Shown here: in pieces, positions 1 to 8,948 of the stretch
Numbering within the stretch: the first letter of the stretch is position 1
Layout of the letters: each line of letters starts with the position of its first letter
NCBI GenBank assembly: GCA_038056445.1
Contig: JBBUFP010000014.1
Span: forward strand, 1 to 31,463
Direction of reading: 5' to 3'
Source: Patescibacteria group bacterium
Lineage (GTDB): Bacteria > Patescibacteriota > Minisyncoccia > Phycocordibacterales > DSPV01
Length of the DNA: 31,463 nt
Position numbers and translations under genes: made by a program
Notes under the pieces: generated by a model
What the model was told of the DNA's origin: nothing
Seen by the model: the letters and a program-made list of their open reading frames with translations, nothing else
The model's database searches: none

Positions 1-2
1 TG

Positions 3-872
3 GTGACTGGCGCTAATGGGTTGCTTGGCAAGGAAATTATCGCGGTTAAGCGAAGCGGTTTTGAGATTGTTGGAGCTGACCATTTGGAATTAGATGTGAC
101 GAATTTGGCAAGTATTAAAAAAGCGCTTTTGAAAGAACAGCCGGACACGGTGATGAATTGCGCCGCGATGATAAATATGGATAAGTGTGAGGAAGACCCG
201 AAATTATGTTTTGGAGTCAATCGCGACGGGGTTTCTAATTTGCTTCAGGCGCTCAAAGAAATAGGCAAACCAACAGCTTTTGTGCAAATAAGTTCGTCCG
301 AAGTTTTTGGCAGGATAAATGAAGGTGAATATAAAATCGATGGTTATATTGAAAATGATGAACCGAAGCCGGTGGTGAATTATCAGAAGTCAAAAGCCGA
401 AGCGGAAAAAATTGTCACAGAATTTGCGCGGCAAAATCCGGAGATTTTGCCGCGCTCCTACATTTTGCGGGCGGCGTGGCTTTATGGCCAAGGCCGGAAA
501 ACTTTTGTGGAAAATTTTTTGGCGGACTTGCAGCAGCCAAAAGAATTATCAGTGATTGCCGCTCAGTGGCGCTCGCCGACTTGGACGAAGTATTTCGTGG
601 CTCAATTATTTTTACTTTTGGAAAAAAAACCGAGTGGAATTTATCACAGCGTGGCCGAAGTTTTACCAGGCGAAGCCACCACCCCTCAAGTCATTGAAGA
701 AATTTCCAAATTTTTGGGTCCGGAAAAAGTTAAAGCGACATTAAAAGAGGTGTCGCGCGCGGGTTTTTTTAAAGTGCCGCGTTCGCCGTCCAATGTTTTG
801 AAAAATACTAAATTGCCGAAACTCTTGTATTGGCGGGACATGCTTCAGGAATACCTAAAAGAAAATTACTAA
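3..872 (+). CDS. RmlD-like dTDP-4-dehydrorhamnose reductase family SDR (probably 5'-truncated by the window edge)
   Basis: TGANGLLG Rossmann motif at the very start, NCAA, catalytic NYQKSK (YxxxK), RAAWLYG and SPT motifs typical of RmlD/RfbD. Confidence 0.8.
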   Translation: MTGANGLLGKEIIAVKRSGFEIVGADHLELDVTNLASIKKALLKEQPDTVMNCAAMINMDKCEEDPKLCFGVNRDGVSNLLQALKEIGKPTAFVQISSSEVFGRINEGEYKIDGYIENDEPKPVVNYQKSKAEAEKIVTEFARQNPEILPRSYILRAAWLYGQGRKTFVENFLADLQQPKELSVIAAQWRSPTWTKYFVAQLFLLLEKKPSGIYHSVAEVLPGEATTPQVIEEISKFLGPEKVKATLKEVSRAGFFKVPRSPSNVLKNTKLPKLLYWRDMLQEYLKENY

Positions 873-898
873 TTTCTAATTACTAATGTCCAATTAAA
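864..898. repeat. Degenerate 7-nt tandem repeat at a convergent gene junction
   Basis: aattact-aatttct-aattact-aatgtcc-aattaaa; it spans both stop codons (870-872 on +, 883-885 on -). Confidence 0.5.
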
Positions 899-2106
899 CA
901 TTTTTTCGTTATCTCTAAAATTCCATCGGCGTATTTTTGCCAGGAGAAATTTTGGCGAACGAAGGCGTTGCCATTTTTGGCGATTTTTGAATAAAGAACG
1001 CTGTCGGTCAGCAGTAGAGAAATTTTTTCGGCGATATCGGCGGGATTTTTTGGCTCAATAAACAAAGCATTTTCTTTATCAGCCAGCACTTCGTGGCAAC
1101 CGGCGGTTTTGGAAACGATAATCGGCAAACCGCAAGCCACCGCTTCAAAAGGCGACAGGCCATCGCTTTGGAGGTGATGCTGGAAAATGTAAACATCGTG
1201 TTCTTGGTAAGCACGAATCAATTCTTCGTCGGTAACTTTGCCCCGGAAATTAACTTGGTTTTCCAATTTTAATTTTGAGACCAAATCGCGCAGCCGAGCG
1301 TAATATTTTTTATCATTATCAGTGTCGCCGACGATAGTTAGAGTCGGTTTAAAGCCTTTGGCATTCAAAATCGGTAGAGCGTTGATGGTATCTTCAAACC
1401 GCCGGTGGGGCATTAAGATGCCGCTAGAGAGAATTTTGATGGAATTTTTCGGCGGCGTTTTTTCTTTGAAGGTGAAATATTCAAAATCCGGTCCGCTACG
1501 GACGGTGAAAGCGTTTAAGTTGATATATTTTTTTACCAATTCTTTATTGAAATGGTCTACCACGACGATAGCGTCTTGTTTTTTTATAAAAGCGTGTTTG
1601 TCATAAAAATCAAAAATCCAGTAAGCGATGTGTTTATACCAAGGTTGGTGAAAATTATCATCACAGCCATGGGCGCGAGCAAAACCCCAACGCTTCAGCG
1701 GCAGGTCATTCATATTCCAAACCGAAGGAATATTTTTTTTGGATTTTTTGTAATAAACGGCAACTTTGTAAGCGACTTGGTCGTGGGGATTTAAAACATC
1801 AAAATCGTCGTCCATTATCATCGCCAGTTTTTTTGCTTGTCGATTTTCGTTGATAATTTCCGGTAGGCCGGTTTTTTCAAAGGTTTGATAATAGGCCGCT
1901 TTTTTGTTTTGCTCCCGTTCTCTGCTTTTTAAGGTTTCCACCCGAAAATTTTTGAGCAAGTGAGGGTAGCAATTCTCTGGCGAATAGTGGAGCGTGTAAA
2001 TTACGATTTCGTGGCCACGCCGGCGCAGTTCATTGGCCAGCGAAAGACCCTGGCGCTGAGTGCCGCCTTGGACATTGAGTTTCCGAAAAATCATTGCGAT
2101 TTTCAT
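883..2106 (-). CDS. Glycosyltransferase family 4 (GT-B)
   Basis: N-terminal MKIAMIF..GGTQRQ, C-terminal DGLSPFEAVACGLPIIVS..GCHE and F.W..YA. Start placed at ATG 2106 because the ATG at 2115 overlaps the -10 box. Confidence 0.9.
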   Translation of the reverse strand: MKIAMIFRKLNVQGGTQRQGLSLANELRRRGHEIVIYTLHYSPENCYPHLLKNFRVETLKSREREQNKKAAYYQTFEKTGLPEIINENRQAKKLAMIMDDDFDVLNPHDQVAYKVAVYYKKSKKNIPSVWNMNDLPLKRWGFARAHGCDDNFHQPWYKHIAYWIFDFYDKHAFIKKQDAIVVVDHFNKELVKKYINLNAFTVRSGPDFEYFTFKEKTPPKNSIKILSSGILMPHRRFEDTINALPILNAKGFKPTLTIVGDTDNDKKYYARLRDLVSKLKLENQVNFRGKVTDEELIRAYQEHDVYIFQHHLQSDGLSPFEAVACGLPIIVSKTAGCHEVLADKENALFIEPKNPADIAEKISLLLTDSVLYSKIAKNGNAFVRQNFSWQKYADGILEITKKCLIGH

Positions 2107-2113
2107 AATGTCC

Positions 2114-2162
2114 ATTCTAACGGGAGTTCAAAATTTATCAAGCGGTTAAAGTGTGCTATATT
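2114..2162. promoter_or_regulatory. Divergent sigma70-like promoters
   Basis: Minus strand: TTGATA(2141-2136)-16 nt-TAGAAT(2119-2114), 7 nt before ATG 2106. Plus strand: extended -10 TGcTATATT (2154-2162), 13 nt before ATG 2176. Confidence 0.6.
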
Positions 2163-2175
2163 GTCAGAAAAATAA

Positions 2176-3555
2176 ATGAAAACAATTTTTATAAACTTAT
2201 TTTCCATTCTGGCAATGGATAACTTCACGGTCCCGGACGGCGTGATTGACCAGCTGATTCGGCGCAAAGGCCAAGACATTCGTTTGGTATTGCTCACGGG
2301 GGAGAAGCTTTTACCGCGGCTGGCGCCCTATGCCAATGGCCAGACGGTAATCGTTGAAGCGATAAAGTCATTTCCGCCGAGAGGTTTTATCCAAAAGCTT
2401 TTTCATTTTTTCTACGCTTTTCTGATTTTTACCGGCAGTACCAAAGTGCTGGCGACTTTCGGCGCCCGCGCCGACATTCCGCCGGCTGGAGGCAATCGGC
2501 ATATGTGGTTTTTCAAATCCTTAATTGCTAATACTTTCGGTCAGTCGCTTTTTGTGAAGCGGCGGTTGACGCCCTGGCTCTTTAAAATAATTTTTCGTGA
2601 GCGCCCCTATCAACAACTTTTTGCTCGGTATCAGCCGGATTTAGTGATGACGCCGGCGATTGCTTTTTTCCCGGATGTTGAATTGGTTTCGGAGGCGAAG
2701 CGGTGGGGGGTAAAAACGATTGGTATGGTAATGAATTGGGACCATCTTAATAAATATTTTATTCCCATTCACGCCGATTGGCTTTTGGTTCAGAACGAGC
2801 CGATGCGTCGCGAGGCGCTCAATTGGCACGCCTATTCTCCGGAGCAAATTTCAATTGTTGGTTTTCCGCAATTTGATATGTATGCTCAGCCCGATAAGTA
2901 TTTGGTGCCAAAAGTTCAGTTCAAAAAGGCTTTCGGTCTTGAAGGGATTGATAAAACAATCCTGTTCATTTCCGGCGCCGCTTATTCTTTGGATGAGCCG
3001 GATATTATCAAGGAAATTTCCAAGTGGATTAGCGAAGGGAAATTCGGTCCAAAGACCAAACTTCTTATTCGTCCTTACGCTATTGCTCGGGATATAGAAC
3101 GGGAGCGGGAAAAATACAAATCTTTGGAAAATGACCCGAACATCGTTTTTAATTGGCAGAGAAGAAGCGATTCTTTGGAAAGCAAGAAAAATTTTATGAG
3201 TATGCTGGCGTATGCCGATGTGATAATTTCAATTTTTTCCACTACGGCGATTGAATCGGCGATTTTTGATAAGCCGACCATTACCATCGGTTTTGACGGT
3301 TACAAAAAACGACAGTATCACCAATCAATTGTTCGGTTGGAAGATATGTCTCATTTCCGAAATGTTTTGGAAACGGGCAGTGTAAAAGTAGTCCGCAGTT
3401 TTCCTGACCTTTTGGAGACCCTAATTAGTTATATCAAGAATCCAGCCATTGATGCTGACAGGCGGAAAGTTTTAGTTAATAAAATGTGTTATAAAATTGA
3501 CGGCGGCGCCGCCAATAGAATCACCGATTTTATTTTGGAAAAAACCAATGCCTAA
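2176..3555 (+). CDS. GT-B fold putative glycosyltransferase (CDP-glycerol transferase-like; candidate NulO transferase), paralog 1
   Basis: GMVMNWDHL, VGFPQFDMY, DVIISIFSTTAIESAIFDKP and DGGAANRI motifs are shared with the three ORFs at 18495-22545. Confidence 0.65.
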   Translation: MKTIFINLFSILAMDNFTVPDGVIDQLIRRKGQDIRLVLLTGEKLLPRLAPYANGQTVIVEAIKSFPPRGFIQKLFHFFYAFLIFTGSTKVLATFGARADIPPAGGNRHMWFFKSLIANTFGQSLFVKRRLTPWLFKIIFRERPYQQLFARYQPDLVMTPAIAFFPDVELVSEAKRWGVKTIGMVMNWDHLNKYFIPIHADWLLVQNEPMRREALNWHAYSPEQISIVGFPQFDMYAQPDKYLVPKVQFKKAFGLEGIDKTILFISGAAYSLDEPDIIKEISKWISEGKFGPKTKLLIRPYAIARDIEREREKYKSLENDPNIVFNWQRRSDSLESKKNFMSMLAYADVIISIFSTTAIESAIFDKPTITIGFDGYKKRQYHQSIVRLEDMSHFRNVLETGSVKVVRSFPDLLETLISYIKNPAIDADRRKVLVNKMCYKIDGGAANRITDFILEKTNA

Positions 3556-4927
3556 ACAAAATCATTCATTCTTGAAAAAGTTCATTGGCGGCGAAGCCAG
3601 TTTCGGTTTTTGGGATTCGGTTTCCAAAGTCATCGGTTTGGTCAACACTTTTTTCATCATTACCGCGCTGTCGCTCTATCAATACGGTGTATTCCAGTTG
3701 TTGCTTTCCGTCTACGCGATTTTTTCCAACTTTTTAGCGCTCGGAGGCGGGGTGGTTAGCAATGACATCTTGCGCTTTATAGGCGAAGGCAGGGAAGATA
3801 AAGCCAAGAAACTATTTTTTGAATACAACTGGATAAGAATTGTTGCCAGTTTGTTGGCTGCGACTTTTCTCTTTTTTACTCCCGAAGTGCTGGCTCGTTG
3901 GTATGCCTCCGACGCTGTGGCTTTTGTCCGATTGCTAGCCGGATTGTTGCTTTTAGAACTCGCTTATTCAATATTCAAATCAATTTTGAGTTACCGTCTG
4001 CAGTTTGGTTTGGTTGCTTCGCGGGCGACTCTTTACAAATTTGCTCAGCTTGGCATTTTGGCTTTTTTCTTTTTGACCCACCGACTCGGCGTTCGTGAAG
4101 TTATTTACTCTATGATGTTCGGTTCCATTGTTTCCACTTTTATTCTTATCCGGCCAATCTTGCGGTCTTACGGCAAATGGCGGGGTTTGCCCATGTTTAA
4201 AGAAAATATTATTTTTTGGGTTTTTAAGAATCACGGTAAATGGGAAATTTTTCAGCAATTTACCGCCAAGCTCACCGCCTCTTTGCAACCGTGGATTATT
4301 AAGACCTTCGTCAATACCGAGGCGGTGGCGATATTTTCAATCGCTCAAACTATGGCTATTACCATCGTCGGCTTTTATCCAACCAAAACTCTCGGCACTT
4401 TGATGCCGTTGAAAGTTAATGAACCAGCGCAAATGCAAAAAATTTACAATTACGCGGCAAAATATCTTTTTCTGCTAGCTATTGTTATGGCTATCGGCGC
4501 GGCGGTAGCCGGGCCGGCTGCAGTTTACTTATTCTTTCCCAAATATATTCCGTCACTGCCGTATTTTTTCGTTTTGCTTCTGTATCTGCCAATCAATGCC
4601 CTTAGTTCCACCACCTCAATTTTTCTCGTTGCCTTGCGGCGGCAGAGAGATTTATTTTTTCAGAAAGTTTTCAAAGCCATTACCGCCATCCCGATGTTTT
4701 TCTTGGTGATGTTTTTTGGTTTGTGGGGAATGACGGCTAGTCACCTTATTTTCGCTTTTACTTTGTTTTGCACGGCTTACATTTTTCTGCGTCGCGTGCC
4801 ACCAGGCTTTACATTGGAATGGCGGAATTTTTTCCGGTTTGGCGCGGAGGATAAAATTTTCGCCAGAAAATTTCGAACCGAAATTTTATTGTTCTTGAAG
4901 AAAAAGATTACTTTCATAAATTCCTAA
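3548..4927 (+). CDS. Wzx/MOP-family oligosaccharide flippase
   Basis: About 460 aa with many hydrophobic segments and LSLYQYGVFQLLLS and EAVAIFSIAQ patterns. ATG 3548 overlaps the upstream stop (ATGCCTAA). Confidence 0.75.
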   Translation: MPKQNHSFLKKFIGGEASFGFWDSVSKVIGLVNTFFIITALSLYQYGVFQLLLSVYAIFSNFLALGGGVVSNDILRFIGEGREDKAKKLFFEYNWIRIVASLLAATFLFFTPEVLARWYASDAVAFVRLLAGLLLLELAYSIFKSILSYRLQFGLVASRATLYKFAQLGILAFFFLTHRLGVREVIYSMMFGSIVSTFILIRPILRSYGKWRGLPMFKENIIFWVFKNHGKWEIFQQFTAKLTASLQPWIIKTFVNTEAVAIFSIAQTMAITIVGFYPTKTLGTLMPLKVNEPAQMQKIYNYAAKYLFLLAIVMAIGAAVAGPAAVYLFFPKYIPSLPYFFVLLLYLPINALSSTTSIFLVALRRQRDLFFQKVFKAITAIPMFFLVMFFGLWGMTASHLIFAFTLFCTAYIFLRRVPPGFTLEWRNFFRFGAEDKIFARKFRTEILLFLKKKITFINS

Positions 4928-4939
4928 AAAACAAACTTT

Positions 4940-5512
4940 ATGAATAACAACTTGAAAACAAAAATCAAAAATCTCAAACTGATGGTCACCGATTTTGACG
5001 GCGTGTGGACGGATGGTAAGGTTTATTTTTCTCAAACCGGAGAGGAAACGGTGCTTTGTAGCCGGAAGGACACGCTTCGGATAAAGGAGATAAAAGCATT
5101 AGGCGTTGATATCGTGGTTATCTCAAAAGAGGGAAACCCGGTAGTTATGGCGCGTTGCGAGAAGATGAAGGTGGAATGTTTCCAGGGAGTGGATGATAAA
5201 TTGCCGCTGCTCAAGCAGCTTCTTGAGAAGAAAGGTGTTCGGCCGGAAGAGACCGCTTTTGTCGGCGATGACATCAATGATGTGAAATGTTTAAAGTTTG
5301 TCGGCTTGCCGATAACGGTTGCCGATGCTCACAATGATTGCAAAAAAGTCGCGCTTTATACGACCACTCGTAAAGGCGGCGACCACGCGATGCGCGAGAT
5401 TTTTGATTTGATTCTTTGGTCTCAAACCGCGGTGTTTTTTGTTGGTTTACCAGCAGGTTCGGCCGCCATCAACTATAACGGTGCTACCGGTCATAAAAGA
5501 AGAAGCGTCTGA
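4940..5512 (+). CDS. KdsC-like HAD phosphatase (Kdo-8-P / Kdn-9-P / Neu5Ac-9-P phosphatase family)
   Basis: DFDGVWTDG motif I, VISKE motif II, K, GDDIND motif IV and GGDHAMRE. Confidence 0.85.
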   Translation: MNNNLKTKIKNLKLMVTDFDGVWTDGKVYFSQTGEETVLCSRKDTLRIKEIKALGVDIVVISKEGNPVVMARCEKMKVECFQGVDDKLPLLKQLLEKKGVRPEETAFVGDDINDVKCLKFVGLPITVADAHNDCKKVALYTTTRKGGDHAMREIFDLILWSQTAVFFVGLPAGSAAINYNGATGHKRRSV

Positions 5513-6286
5513 ACACATAAAAAGCACCACCCCTTTGTATTCGTCGGGCTTAGCCATTCGGCCGAGGGGAATTTGTTTAGCTAATTTTGCCACGAATTCG
5601 TCTGGCTGATTGTTGTAGACGCCGCCGAAAGCCACGGCGTTTGAACGCACGCCTTTATCGGCCCAATAAGTGGCGAGGTATTTGGAAAGACCAATTAGTC
5701 CGTGCTTGACCGCCGAATAAGTTACCGGCTTGACCGGCTGAACGGCATCTTTTAAACCCGGCTTTTTATACAATTCCTGATTGGGCGCCACGATGCCAAG
5801 GTCCGAGGCGATGTTTAAAATAACACCCTTGCCGTTTTTAGCCATCAACGCGCCGATGTGCTTGCTCATTAAGAAAGCGCCGGTCAAACCGACGGCGATA
5901 TCGTTGTTCCAGTGCTCGAGAGGAAAGTTTTCCAAACGGGAAAAGTTTTTCATCCCATCTTCCACTTTCGGGTTATTGGCGGCGTTGTTGATGAGGATGC
6001 CAATTTGTCCCACTTCGGCGGTGATTTTTTTTACCACCGAGGCAATTTGCTTTTCATCGGTAATGTCAAGCCGATAACTGAAAACTTTTTTCGGATAAAG
6101 TTTGTTCAACGGTAAAACGGTTGCCTTTAATCTTTTTTCATCTATATCAGTCAAAATCGCGCGACCACCGCCTTCCAGAATCGCTTCGGTGTGGCGCTTG
6201 CCCAGCAAGCCGGCGGCGCCGGTGATGACCGCGACGGCGTTTTTTAAATTGAATGTCCCCAGGGTTTTAGCTATTGTTTTATTCAT
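5447..6286 (-). CDS. SDR oxidoreductase, PtmA-like
   Basis: TGAAGLLG, NNAA, NIAS..G, YSAVK and DGG motifs. Confidence 0.85.
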   Translation of the reverse strand: MNKTIAKTLGTFNLKNAVAVITGAAGLLGKRHTEAILEGGGRAILTDIDEKRLKATVLPLNKLYPKKVFSYRLDITDEKQIASVVKKITAEVGQIGILINNAANNPKVEDGMKNFSRLENFPLEHWNNDIAVGLTGAFLMSKHIGALMAKNGKGVILNIASDLGIVAPNQELYKKPGLKDAVQPVKPVTYSAVKHGLIGLSKYLATYWADKGVRSNAVAFGGVYNNQPDEFVAKLAKQIPLGRMAKPDEYKGVVLFMCSDASSFMTGSTVIVDGGRTCW

Positions 6287-6290
6287 TGAT

Positions 6291-7118
6291 CTATTTTTTT
6301 ATCAAGTTTTTAATAAAATTTATATAACTTTTTAAGGTTTCTTTTTCTTTGCCATCCTCGCCGCGGGCAACTTGAAGAATTATACTTCCCTGGTATTTAT
6401 TTTTCTTCAGTGTTCTGAAGAATTTTTCAAAGTTAACATTTCCAGCGCCGAGAGGAACTGTCGTGCCATGAAGCAGCCGGTCTTTAATATGGATGTTGGC
6501 GATGTATGGCGACAAAGTGTTTAATTCTTCTACCACATTATAACCCAAGGCAGCGCTATTACCGCTATCATAATTGGCTTTTATGGTTTTGCTATTAAAT
6601 CTTTTAAGCAACGACAGAAATCTTTTGGGCGGCAAATCGGTTTCTAATCCAATAGTGATGCCCAAGCTTTTTGCCAGTGGCCTAACTTGACTTAAGGCGT
6701 CGATTAGTTCTTTTTCTTCGCCATCGGTTTTTATTGAGGAATTATCCACCAAAGGGATTTCTATGTTTTTTGCGCCAATTGCCGCCGCCGCTTTCAGCAA
6801 ACGCTTTAGGACGAGCAAGTTTTGTTTTTTAACTTTGGCTGTTACGCGAAAAAAAGGAACACGCATAAAGTAATCGGCTAAGATATGGCGAACTGCCACA
6901 CCATACTTTTTCTGGAGCCGGTTTATTTTCTTTAAGCCAGCTTTGGACCAAAGGGGATTTTTCTCATAATGTTCTTTATCAAAAATAAATTCAATTTCAT
7001 CAAGCCCGACTGCTTTGGCCGAGGGAAATTCGTTTTCCCAGTTTTCAAAAGGGAAAAATTGGATTGGTCGTTCGCGTCTCGGCGTTAGGCGACCTTGTAT
7101 TATGCCAATTTTAAACAT
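6291..7118 (-). CDS. Xylose-isomerase-like TIM-barrel protein (sugar-phosphate isomerase/epimerase family)
   Basis: GIIQGRL start, LETD, YDSGN, HIKD and LGAGNV motifs. Confidence 0.75.
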   Translation of the reverse strand: MFKIGIIQGRLTPRRERPIQFFPFENWENEFPSAKAVGLDEIEFIFDKEHYEKNPLWSKAGLKKINRLQKKYGVAVRHILADYFMRVPFFRVTAKVKKQNLLVLKRLLKAAAAIGAKNIEIPLVDNSSIKTDGEEKELIDALSQVRPLAKSLGITIGLETDLPPKRFLSLLKRFNSKTIKANYDSGNSAALGYNVVEELNTLSPYIANIHIKDRLLHGTTVPLGAGNVNFEKFFRTLKKNKYQGSIILQVARGEDGKEKETLKSYINFIKNLIKK

Positions 7119-7126
7119 TTAGTTTT

Positions 7127-8896
7127 TTATAGATTTATTTTTTTACCTGAAGCTAGCGACCTTTTCATTGCTACGATAATTTCCATGACGGGCAAATTTT
7201 CCCTGATGCCATTTGTCGGTTTGTTTTTGCTCGCGATAAGATTTAGAAAGTGTCTCGTTTCTTCCAAGAACATGTCGTTGCGGTTGAAATTCGCTGGTTG
7301 CTGGAACTCTCGGACTTTTCCATCAAGAGGAATTAGTTTCAATTTGCCGTCAAAATAGTCCCATCTTAAGCGGCCTTTTTCACCAGTCGCTTCCAGAAAG
7401 CGGACAGCTGGCTGCTTGAAATAATCCAAATGAAGTTCAACATTAAAGTGATTATAGCGCCAAATCGCGGAGACGCAATTTTCAGCGTCAGTCTCCAGGT
7501 CGCCGACTTTGCCGCCGGCGGCAAAAACCCAATTGGGCTTGCCGAAGAGCCAAAATAGAAAATCAATTTCATGGCTTTGGGTAGTAATGGCTCCGCCGCC
7601 TAGATTTTTTCGGCTGGCATAAGACACTTTGTAACTTTCCCATGAATGCCAGTCAGTGACCCTTTCTCCAATGTGCGCCTCCACTGATATTATCTGACCA
7701 AGCTCATTATTTTCCAGATTTTTTTTGAATTCTTTAAGCAGGGGATGGAAACGGTGATTGAAAGCGACCAAGGCGACCAGTTTCCTTTTTTCAATTTCCT
7801 TCTCTAATTTTTTAACTCCAACCATTGTGTCGGAAAGTGGTTTTTCAATCATGACATGGCAACCGGCTTGGGCCGCTTTCAGTGCCGTCCGGACATGCAA
7901 GCTTGTTGGGTTGGTAATAATGGCGGCCATCGGTTGCTCTTTCAGAGCGGCGTCAAGATCTTGATAAACTTTTAGGTTTGGGTTTTTACTCAAAAATTCA
8001 TCGCCGAACGATTTAGTGCCCAAACCGGTTCTGAAGATTATAATATCGGAAGGTTGGTAGCCCAAAGCAAGCAGGTTTTCCGTATGGCGTTTACCTATAC
8101 TTCCCAAACCGCAGATAAGGATCCTTTTGGAATTGCCATTTATTTTGTTTTCGTTAGGATAATTGGCTTTTAAGTAATCAGATACTTGGAACTTCTGATT
8201 CTTAAGAAGAGTTTCAACATACTTCAAGTCACTTTGGGTGTCAATGTCGCCGATGTCGGGAGTTAGGAAAGCAAGAATCTTGGGACCATGAATGACGGGA
8301 TTTTTTAAGACGAACGAGCTTTTGAGTATATCAACATAACTGTCGGGTTTGAAGGTTGGCGGAAACGATTGGCGGTGGAGGTTGTGATAATCGGGACGGG
8401 GGTCGTTTGGAAATAGGCCGACAAAAAATTTACCCTCAAGGGCGAAACATTTCTGTGGTACCGTATTTATTTTATGGCCGGAGCGCAGGCTTGTCGCTTC
8501 CGGATGTTTTAGCATTGTCTCTATGGCCTCATTTATTTTCTCCGGAGCGCGGAGCGGGGAAGTTGGACGGAGATGAACAAAATAATCCGGAATTTTTCCT
8601 TCGTTCTTTTGGAGCCATTCTAGCGCGTGGATAACAAATTCTCGGTCGGTTGAGGTGTCGCCGGAGATTTCAGCGGGGCGTAAGAATGGAACTTCAGCGC
8701 CGTATTTTTTGGCAAGGTCGGCGATTTCCTGGCTGTCGGTTGAAACTATAATCCGCGCGATTTTTTTTGTCAGTTTCGCGGCGGCGATGGAGTAGGCAAT
8801 TAGCGGAAAACCGCCGATTGGCAGGATATTTTTTTTCGGAATGCTTTTTGAGCCGCCCCGGGCCGGAATAAGAGCGTAAATAAGTTTTTTATTCAT
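7127..8896 (-). CDS. Fusion of a CMP-nonulosonate synthetase (NeuA family) and a Gfo/Idh/MocA oxidoreductase
   Basis: N-terminal half: PARGGSKSIPKKN, STD, EVPFLRP, LRPTSPLR, DIDT..D. C-terminal half: ILICGLGSIGKRH, EKP, GGGAITTQSHEID. Confidence 0.85.
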   Translation of the reverse strand: MNKKLIYALIPARGGSKSIPKKNILPIGGFPLIAYSIAAAKLTKKIARIIVSTDSQEIADLAKKYGAEVPFLRPAEISGDTSTDREFVIHALEWLQKNEGKIPDYFVHLRPTSPLRAPEKINEAIETMLKHPEATSLRSGHKINTVPQKCFALEGKFFVGLFPNDPRPDYHNLHRQSFPPTFKPDSYVDILKSSFVLKNPVIHGPKILAFLTPDIGDIDTQSDLKYVETLLKNQKFQVSDYLKANYPNENKINGNSKRILICGLGSIGKRHTENLLALGYQPSDIIIFRTGLGTKSFGDEFLSKNPNLKVYQDLDAALKEQPMAAIITNPTSLHVRTALKAAQAGCHVMIEKPLSDTMVGVKKLEKEIEKRKLVALVAFNHRFHPLLKEFKKNLENNELGQIISVEAHIGERVTDWHSWESYKVSYASRKNLGGGAITTQSHEIDFLFWLFGKPNWVFAAGGKVGDLETDAENCVSAIWRYNHFNVELHLDYFKQPAVRFLEATGEKGRLRWDYFDGKLKLIPLDGKVREFQQPANFNRNDMFLEETRHFLNLIASKNKPTNGIRENLPVMEIIVAMKRSLASGKKINL

Positions 8897-8909
8897 TTTT
8901 ATAATATGA

Positions 8910-8937
8910 AATATAGCTCATGTTAAGATTTTGTCAA
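8910..8937 (-). promoter_or_regulatory. Sigma70-like promoter for the NeuA-Gfo / TIM-barrel / SDR unit
   Basis: TTGACA(8937-8932)-16 nt-TATATT(8915-8910), 13 nt before ATG 8896; no SD. Confidence 0.65.
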
Positions 8938-8948
8938 TGGCCGTTTTT

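Noticed and set aside
4940-5512. Kdo / lipid A biosynthesis implied by the KdsC-like gene
   Set aside because: No kdsA, kdsB, kdsD or lpx genes occur in the window; the NeuB/NeuA context favours a NulO-9-phosphate phosphatase.
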